From the NCBI GenBank assembly GCA_963701075.1, contig OY969559.1, positions 1,456,639 to 1,488,638 on the forward strand: a stretch of DNA of 32,000 bases, given 5' to 3'. This document shows, one piece after another, positions 25,824 through 32,000 of the stretch. The translations under genes were made by a program, and so were the position numbers. The notes below the pieces were generated by a model. It worked only from the letters and a program-made list of their open reading frames with translations. It was not told the origin of the DNA and did no database searches. Numbering within the stretch: position 1 is the stretch's first letter; each line of letters begins with the position of its first letter. The DNA is from an uncultured Nitrososphaerota archaeon (GTDB lineage: Archaea; Thermoproteota; Nitrososphaeria; Nitrososphaerales; Nitrosopumilaceae).

Positions 25824-26642
25824 TCATGTTCCTATTTGTATTTCTCCGTCACAAATCTTCCTTAGGCATTCAATTGCAGAAAGGATTGCAAGTCTGCTTG
25901 TTTTGGGATTGCTCTCACTTGGAACGTTTTCAATTTTTATAGAAAACTTTCCAAACTTTCCACTGGCCTGTATCTCATGAGTGTTTTTGTCAGTTTTTGG
26001 GTCGGCAACTATTCTTACCTTGGTTTTCGTGCTTCCAATTCCAGCCAAGCTGATAAGTGCAGCAACGTTAATGTTTGCAGGAAAGAGTCTTACTGCCTCT
26101 TCTGCCGTTCCGTCGTATATTACAGTAGATTCTTTTATTTCATCTGGGCTTATTTTTGAAGTCTCGAAAAATTTTGCCCCCTTTAGCGCTTTGGGATTCT
26201 TGGTTGTAACTAATACTATTGATTCTAATTCGTCTTTTACTGCTCTAATACTATCAAGTCCGGCAATTGCTCCAGACGGAAGAAAGACATGTTTGTTAAA
26301 ATCCTTGCAGCCTTCAGATACTATCTCAAATATGGATTCATCCAATAATGCACCAACGCTCATTATCATCATGTCTTTCCTGTTTTGAAGGATAGATAAC
26401 GCGTTATCTCTAACTGCATCCTGAGAAGCAGCCTCAATTATCAGATCTACTGGCGATGCTGCCAGCAGACCAGCATTTTCTGTTATTACGGGTTTGTTTT
26501 TTAGTTTTGAGACTAGTCGTTGTGATGAGTCTTTGGAAAAATCAAATACGTGGGTAAGTTTTGCATGAATTTTGCCAGAATCTATAGCAACAGCTATTTC
26601 TGTCCCTATTGCGCCACAACCCAAAAGTCCTATCCTTTTCAA
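25824..26642 (-). CDS. nadX: L-aspartate dehydrogenase
   Basis: KRIGLLGCGAIGTEIA Rossmann start. PSGAIAGLD...LFPANINVAA...KVRIVADP....NTHEI...G.F..F.IKIENVPSESNPKTS.LA.LSAI closely follows the TM1643-type NadX pattern. I prefer TTG 26642 (272 aa). The track ATG 26720 would add a 26-aa non-conserved extension. Confidence 0.8.
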   Translation of the reverse strand: MKRIGLLGCGAIGTEIAVAIDSGKIHAKLTHVFDFSKDSSQRLVSKLKNKPVITENAGLLAASPVDLIIEAASQDAVRDNALSILQNRKDMMIMSVGALLDESIFEIVSEGCKDFNKHVFLPSGAIAGLDSIRAVKDELESIVLVTTKNPKALKGAKFFETSKISPDEIKESTVIYDGTAEEAVRLFPANINVAALISLAGIGSTKTKVRIVADPKTDKNTHEIQASGKFGKFSIKIENVPSESNPKTSRLAILSAIECLRKICDGEIQIGT

Positions 26643-26752
26643 ACCAATACTTTTGGCAAACCACCATGTTAAATCTGTTATCGGCTTTACAGGTACACAA
26701 CACAAAATTGAATTATACAATTTATTGAGTTACTGTGGAGTAAATTCTAGAA

Positions 26753-27628
26753 TTGGAAACACATGAATCTACGCTTATAGAAAAATTTCTCTTCAGAATA
26801 GCAAAACAATGGATTGCAGGCGATACCATGAATGAAGCCCTTCAATCTGCCAAGGTAGCAAACAAGAATGGAATGAATGCGGTAATCAACAAGCTTGGTG
26901 AGCACATGATGTCAAAGGACCAGATCAGTGACACTGTATCAGAATATCTAGCACTTGTCTTGAACTTGCGTAAATTCAAGGTTTCTGGAGGCATATCAGT
27001 CAAGCCAACCCAGGTAGGTCTGTCTAAAAGTGTCGAGGACTGTATGACCAATCTTGAAAAAATAATAGAAAAAGCAACGTCCTCTCAGTCCTTTGTTTGG
27101 ATAGACATGGAGTCTTCGGAATATACTGATAATACCATCAAGATCTACCTAAGCCTATTTGAAAAATATGAGAGATTGGGCATGGCAATACAGGCAAACC
27201 TCAAGCGTACCGAACAAGATTTGAAGATACTACTAGAGCATGGCGGAAAGATTCGATTGGTAAAAGGAGCATATAGAGAAAGTAAGAAGAATGCCTACAA
27301 AACAAGACATGAAGTAGATGAAAACTACAAGAGACTCACAAAGATGCTTTTTTCATACGGTAACGAGTTTGCAATAGCAACTCATGATTCCAAAATGATT
27401 GAACTTGCCATGAATTTATCAAAGAAAAATGAGAGAAAGTTTGAGTTTCAGATGTTAAAGGGAATACGAGACGAACTAAAGCCAGTTTTGATCAAGAGTG
27501 GTTTTTCCATATCAGAATACATACCGTATGGAACCAATTGGCTTCCTTATTCAATAAGGCGACTAAAGGAAAGAAAACGAAACATCTTGCTTCTTGGGAG
27601 TTCTTTTCTTCACTCGCATCGTGTTTGA
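26753..27628 (+). CDS. proline dehydrogenase
   Basis: IAKQWIAGDT...VKPTQVGL...VWIDMESS...IQANLKRTE......G.IRLVKGAY.E....A........NY.....ML......FAIATHD match ProDH. TTG start at 26753; no in-frame ATG until codon 26. Confidence 0.8.
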   Translation: METHESTLIEKFLFRIAKQWIAGDTMNEALQSAKVANKNGMNAVINKLGEHMMSKDQISDTVSEYLALVLNLRKFKVSGGISVKPTQVGLSKSVEDCMTNLEKIIEKATSSQSFVWIDMESSEYTDNTIKIYLSLFEKYERLGMAIQANLKRTEQDLKILLEHGGKIRLVKGAYRESKKNAYKTRHEVDENYKRLTKMLFSYGNEFAIATHDSKMIELAMNLSKKNERKFEFQMLKGIRDELKPVLIKSGFSISEYIPYGTNWLPYSIRRLKERKRNILLLGSSFLHSHRV

Positions 27629-29175
27629 GTTTGCTCACGCATGAATTGAAGTAAATAGTAAGCACCACCAGCGCCCTTGCCTGAAATTCCAGAATATTTC
27701 CATCCGACAAAAGGCTGAGCTCCAACCATTGCGCCTGTTGTGGCACTAGCTGCTCTATTTGCATATGTAACACCTGCTTCAATTTTATTGAAGAAGGATT
27801 CAATCTCGTTTTTGTCCTGGCTGAAAATTCCTGCGGTGAGTCCGTAGTTACTCTTGTTGGCTTCAGATATCGCATCATCAAAGTTGTCAAACTCTTCCAC
27901 ACAAAGAAATGGGACAAACAGTTCTTCTTGTACTAGTTCATGATCTTTTGGAAGGCCTACAACAATTGTAGGTTCAACGAAGTTTCCATCCTTGAATTGT
28001 GAATCAGATAAAACAGAACCGCCACAAACTATCTTGCCATCTTTTTTTGCAATTTCTGTAGCCCTTTGGAATTTTTTTAAAGACGCCTCATTTATTACAG
28101 GACTAACAAACACGTCTTTTTCCCACGGTTTTCCCATCTTTAGCACCTTGGTCTTTGCAATCAACTTCTCCACAAACTGGTTTGCAATGTCTTTTTGGAC
28201 ATAGACCCTTGAGCACGCGCTGCATTTTTGTCCGCTATAACCAAATGCTGCTCTCAAGACACCATCTGTTGCCTTTTCTAAGTCAGCTGTTTTTGTAATT
28301 ATTGCAGGGTTTTTTCCCCCCATCTCAGAGATGAACGGTCGTGGAGCACTTTCAACAAATGTGTTAAAGCCTGACATTCCCACCTCTTTTGAACCAGTAA
28401 ATGCAATTCCGTCCACAAGAGAACTTTCTAAAATAGTTCTGCCTACAATGCTGCCAGAACCTGGTACAAAATTTACAACTGCCGGAGGAAGTTTGTGATA
28501 TATCGCCTCGATGAATTTGTAGGCAGAGATAGGTGAATCACTAGATGGTTTCAATACGACCGTGTTGCCAGTAATTAATGCACCAGAGGTCATTCCTATT
28601 GATATTGCAGATGGAAAGTTAAACGGAGATATGATTCCCCATACACCGTATGGTTTCAATGTGCTACGAGTTTTTTCATTTTGATTTGCGCTTTGAGTCT
28701 CCTTTGAAAAGCCTTGGTTTATCTCAAGTTGTTCTGCGTAGAATCGCATAAAATCTATTGATTCATCCAAGTCACCCATGGCCTCTAGTCGGTTCTTGCC
28801 ATTTTCAAAACTCAATATTGCCGCAAGACTGAATTTGTTCTGTGCAAATACATCTGCTACCTCTCGAAATATTTGAGATCTTTTTTGGTACGATGTGAGA
28901 GACCATTTGTGAAAAGCCTCCTTGGCCGATTCAATCGCATGTAAGGTGTCTTCTTTTGATGCCAATGGAAAGTTTGCCAAAACAAGGTTCTTGTCAGCCG
29001 GAGAGCGTACTTGAAACTGATTGTTGGAAAATATCTCTTTTCCGCCTATTATCATTGGGTAATTCTTGCCAAAATCTTTCTTGGTCTGCTCTACTGCCTG
29101 ATCAAATTTGCGGTGAAATTCATCGGTGATGTTATTGGATGCATACTTGGGCCAAGTGTTTTCATTTTGGAACAT
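27610..29175 (-). CDS. 1-pyrroline-5-carboxylate dehydrogenase (aldehyde dehydrogenase superfamily)
   Basis: 521 aa. FTGS.EVG, the catalytic EMGGKNP and GQKCSACSR motifs, and the NE.S.F.......EELFVPF pattern are typical of ALDH/P5CDH. Its 3' end overlaps ProDH by 19 nt (convergent). Confidence 0.9.
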   Translation of the reverse strand: MFQNENTWPKYASNNITDEFHRKFDQAVEQTKKDFGKNYPMIIGGKEIFSNNQFQVRSPADKNLVLANFPLASKEDTLHAIESAKEAFHKWSLTSYQKRSQIFREVADVFAQNKFSLAAILSFENGKNRLEAMGDLDESIDFMRFYAEQLEINQGFSKETQSANQNEKTRSTLKPYGVWGIISPFNFPSAISIGMTSGALITGNTVVLKPSSDSPISAYKFIEAIYHKLPPAVVNFVPGSGSIVGRTILESSLVDGIAFTGSKEVGMSGFNTFVESAPRPFISEMGGKNPAIITKTADLEKATDGVLRAAFGYSGQKCSACSRVYVQKDIANQFVEKLIAKTKVLKMGKPWEKDVFVSPVINEASLKKFQRATEIAKKDGKIVCGGSVLSDSQFKDGNFVEPTIVVGLPKDHELVQEELFVPFLCVEEFDNFDDAISEANKSNYGLTAGIFSQDKNEIESFFNKIEAGVTYANRAASATTGAMVGAQPFVGWKYSGISGKGAGGAYYLLQFMREQTQTRCE

Positions 29176-29291
29176 AACAATACTAGGAATAACGGTCCAT
29201 AATTAGTTAGCTAGGTGTTGATTTTATGTTAACTGGGGAATGAATCTATTTCAAACGAGAAACATTTTATCCTTACAGGTAAAGGTGTTTT

Positions 29292-30131
29292 ATGCTCAAT
29301 ACCGTTTATCGTGATGCCCTAAAGAAGCGAGAGGAAGCAAAATCCATCTTCAAGGGTGAAACATTTGAGCGCATCATCCAAGCTGCCAGAGAAAATTGGA
29401 TTGAGTATTTTCCTCAGAAGAAGGATTCGATCATAGCAGGCATAGACAGTAGTTATAACAGTACAAAGTTTCAAGGGCTTGAATTATGGGTGGTTACCGG
29501 CGTATCAATAAAGTCAGACGGTCAAATCATAACTGAGAAGCACAACCAAGGGCTAGGTCAGCCTACCCCAGAGCTTGAGACACAGGCAAGTAAGATGGAG
29601 GTTGAGGCCTGCGCTGCCTCAGTAGACATGGCAGACCTAGTAGCACTTGACGGTTCGCTTTATTCACAGTTTCTCACCAGACAGTCTTCACTTGGCAATT
29701 CTATTACTTTGGCAATTAAAAAGAAAGGAAATGTTGTTTTCATATCAAAGACATCATCAGCAAGAAAACAATTTGAAAAACTGGGTTCTGCTGCTGGAGA
29801 CATCTTCTATTACAACCATGCAGTTAAGGGACCCGGCTTTAGCAAGATATTTGTTGACAATTCGCTCGGACCAGGCAAAGTGGTGTCATATGTTTATGCA
29901 AGACTAAGAGATTCTACGCCACTAATCAAGATCGAGTTACTTGGGTCAGGAATTGTCGAAAATGAGATAAAATCCCTTTTGGATAGATTAACAAAAAATA
30001 GTGTGGGAGGATATCCATACGCGTTAAAGTTGGCGCATGAAAATTGCAAGATAACCAATTCAGAGTTGTCAAGACTTGTTAGTCTATATGGACTGACAAA
30101 CGAGATTGGCTCTAGGGAAGTGCTGAATTGA
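29292..30131 (+). CDS. nurA: NurA 5'-3' nuclease
   Basis: IAGIDSSYN (catalytic Asp region), LVALDGSLYSQF and the C-terminal GYPYALKLAHE match the NurA domain. It lies immediately upstream of herA with a TTGA overlap. Confidence 0.75.
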   Translation: MLNTVYRDALKKREEAKSIFKGETFERIIQAARENWIEYFPQKKDSIIAGIDSSYNSTKFQGLELWVVTGVSIKSDGQIITEKHNQGLGQPTPELETQASKMEVEACAASVDMADLVALDGSLYSQFLTRQSSLGNSITLAIKKKGNVVFISKTSSARKQFEKLGSAAGDIFYYNHAVKGPGFSKIFVDNSLGPGKVVSYVYARLRDSTPLIKIELLGSGIVENEIKSLLDRLTKNSVGGYPYALKLAHENCKITNSELSRLVSLYGLTNEIGSREVLN

Positions 30132-31648
30132 TAATAGGGGTTGTAATTGGCGAATCAAAGCCAACTGAAGTAACCGCACAATCATCAAAACCTCTTTCGG
30201 TTGGAGAGTATGTCATAATTGATTCACAGGACGGCAAGATTCTCGGCCTAGTTGAAAAGTCTGCAATATCAAGTGATGCACTCACAGATGTTAGAAATTT
30301 TGATGAGGCAGTTGAGAGCAAAGAAGTTGCCGAGATTAATTCCAGGGACAAAAATTATAAGGTAAAGATTGGAATACTCGGATTTTTGGACAAGTTACAA
30401 AAAGGGCATGTGATAATTCCTGCAATTCCACCACTACCAGGAACTTCAATTCTTGAAGCGACACAACATGACTTGGGGACGATATTTGGACCTGTTGGAA
30501 ATGAGTGGATTAGGATAGGTGCGCTCTTAAGAAATTCAAGCATTGAAGCAAAAATAAACATCAACAAAATTGTATCAAGACACTTGGCCATTCTTGCAAT
30601 GACTGGAATGGGAAAGAGCAACCTTGTTTCACTCATAGCAAAACACGTTGCAACATTAAATGGCACATTGATTATCTTTGATTATCATAATGACTATGAA
30701 AACCTAGATGTTACCAAGATGAATTACATGATGGCAAAAATAAATCCCAGGCTTTTGCCTGCAGACAAACTAGCCGAAGTCATAGAACTTCGTGAGAATG
30801 CAGACAAGCAGCAAAGAGTCTTGCGAGAATCACTTACTGATTCAGTCAAGCAAGCCAAAGACTTTTGGTCATCTTTAGAAGAGAATGTTTCTGCATTTGG
30901 TCGCACTACAAAGGGCTATGCAGACAGCGCAAGTAGGGTTTTCGACAAAATAGATGATGCCAAGCATAGATTTTCAGACATACTAGACCCTGACTGTGGA
31001 GATCCTGTAGATTTGATAAAGGAAGGCAGAGTAAATGTATTGAACATAGCAGAACTAAGCGAGAGACAGGCAAATGCCGGGCTGTCATACTATTTACAAG
31101 AACTATTACAGCAGAGAAAGGAATCAGTCTGGGAAAGAAAAGGCAAGTCCACACACAGAAAAAATTACAAGTTTCTTGCACCAATATTTGTCATAATAGA
31201 AGAGGCTCACGTGTTCATACCAAAAGGAGAACATACCGATACTAAATACTGGGCCTCAAAGGTAGCAAGAGAAGGCCGCAAGTTTGGAATTGGCCTATGC
31301 GTAGTATCGCAGAGACCAAGAAACATTGACCCCAATGTTCTAAGTCAGATGGGCTCTCTTGCAATAATGAAGATCGTACAAGACGATGATCAGCAACAGA
31401 TAGCGTCTGCTGCAGAATCATTAAGCAAAGACCTTCTTTCTCAGCTCTCATCTTTGAATATTGGGGATGCAGTACTAATTGGACAGTGGGTAAACTTGCC
31501 TTCCATAGTACACATAGATGAAGTAAAAAGTAAAAAATCTGGCTCTGACTTGGATGCAGTATCAGAATGGAATCAAACAGACAAATTCAAAGACATTGCA
31601 AAAGAAACAACACAAGGACTAATCCAAAAAGACCTGTTGCTTGATTGA
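30128..31648 (+). CDS. herA: HerA bipolar DNA helicase (FtsK/HerA ATPase)
   Basis: HLAILAMTGMGKSN Walker A, FVIIEEAHVFIP Walker B and REGRKFGIGLCVVSQRP match HerA. An N-terminal barrel (VGEYVIIDSQDGKILGLV) is present. TTG start overlaps the nurA TGA. Confidence 0.9.
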   Translation: MIIGVVIGESKPTEVTAQSSKPLSVGEYVIIDSQDGKILGLVEKSAISSDALTDVRNFDEAVESKEVAEINSRDKNYKVKIGILGFLDKLQKGHVIIPAIPPLPGTSILEATQHDLGTIFGPVGNEWIRIGALLRNSSIEAKININKIVSRHLAILAMTGMGKSNLVSLIAKHVATLNGTLIIFDYHNDYENLDVTKMNYMMAKINPRLLPADKLAEVIELRENADKQQRVLRESLTDSVKQAKDFWSSLEENVSAFGRTTKGYADSASRVFDKIDDAKHRFSDILDPDCGDPVDLIKEGRVNVLNIAELSERQANAGLSYYLQELLQQRKESVWERKGKSTHRKNYKFLAPIFVIIEEAHVFIPKGEHTDTKYWASKVAREGRKFGIGLCVVSQRPRNIDPNVLSQMGSLAIMKIVQDDDQQQIASAAESLSKDLLSQLSSLNIGDAVLIGQWVNLPSIVHIDEVKSKKSGSDLDAVSEWNQTDKFKDIAKETTQGLIQKDLLLD

Positions 31649-31649
31649 G

Positions 31650-32000
31650 ATGATTTTCTCACATATTTCTGATATACATCTTGGTTTTGTGCAATATCAC
31701 TCAGAGGAACGTGAAGATGACATTTACTCAGCGTTCAACCAAGCCATAGATACTTCAATAAAAGACCACGTCAATTTTGTGATATTTGCAGGAGACATTT
31801 TTCACGTGCCAAACCCAAGTGGTAAGGCAATTGTTGTGCTAGCAAACGCCCTGAAACGATTAAGACAAAATAACATCGAGTCATTCTTCATTTTGGGAGA
31901 GCATGACATTAGCCGAATAAGGTCGACTCCGGTTCCTTTCGTATACCATAATTTAGAATTTTCAAGATACATAGGAAATGGTAAACCCCTTGTGTACAAC
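31650..32000 (+). CDS. mre11: Mre11 nuclease, N-terminal part (continues beyond window end)
   Basis: The ATG at 31650, 1 nt after the herA stop, opens a frame to the window end: MIFSHISDIHLG (phosphoesterase motif I), FAGDIFH (motif II), ILGEHD (motif III). It is not in the ORF track because no stop is reached. Confidence 0.85.
   Translation, partial: MIFSHISDIHLGFVQYHSEEREDDIYSAFNQAIDTSIKDHVNFVIFAGDIFHVPNPSGKAIVVLANALKRLRQNNIESFFILGEHDISRIRSTPVPFVYHNLEFSRYIGNGKPLVYN

Noticed and set aside
1-32000. Scan for tRNA, rRNA, CRISPR repeats, IS elements and integrases
   Set aside because: I found no T-arm/acceptor-type patterns, no regularly spaced direct repeats, and no transposase- or integrase-like ORFs. 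The only tandem repeat is the 2 x 10-nt oligo-T terminator candidate at 1541-1560.

Overview
AT-rich archaeal chromosomal segment, densely packed, with about 45 supportable features, many 1-4 nt gene overlaps and several TTG starts. The gene content includes Pth2, Rpo7 + Spt4, aEF-1beta with its Zn-ribbon partner, CDC48 and geranylgeranyl reductase. It also includes heme O synthase next to a membrane-anchored double cupredoxin, H+-pyrophosphatase, NadX/NadA/NadC, ProDH + P5C dehydrogenase and NurA-HerA-Mre11. This fits an ammonia-oxidising thaumarchaeon of the Nitrosopumilus type; that is an inference from gene content only, and no search was run. I see no rRNA, tRNA, CRISPR array, transposase or integrase. 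The best candidate for something undescribed lies at 3.4-5.6 kb on the minus strand. There a ~95-nt element built from three exactly conserved blocks (two hairpin-forming) occurs twice in direct orientation, each copy ending at a start codon. The two copies bracket a stand-alone TIR-like gene preceded by a translationally coupled 40-codon ORF, and the downstream copy sits in front of a 389-aa surface-anchored protein. Second theme: at least five reading-frame breaks in four conserved genes (CDC48 twice, DUF99, ArsR/DUF1724, possibly a C2H2 mini-gene), which means either assembly indel error or real gene decay. Third theme: two eukaryote-style C2H2 zinc fingers and a 415-bp gap (17.9-18.3 kb) that looks like a decayed gene. 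All functional calls rest on motif recognition by eye, not on alignments.
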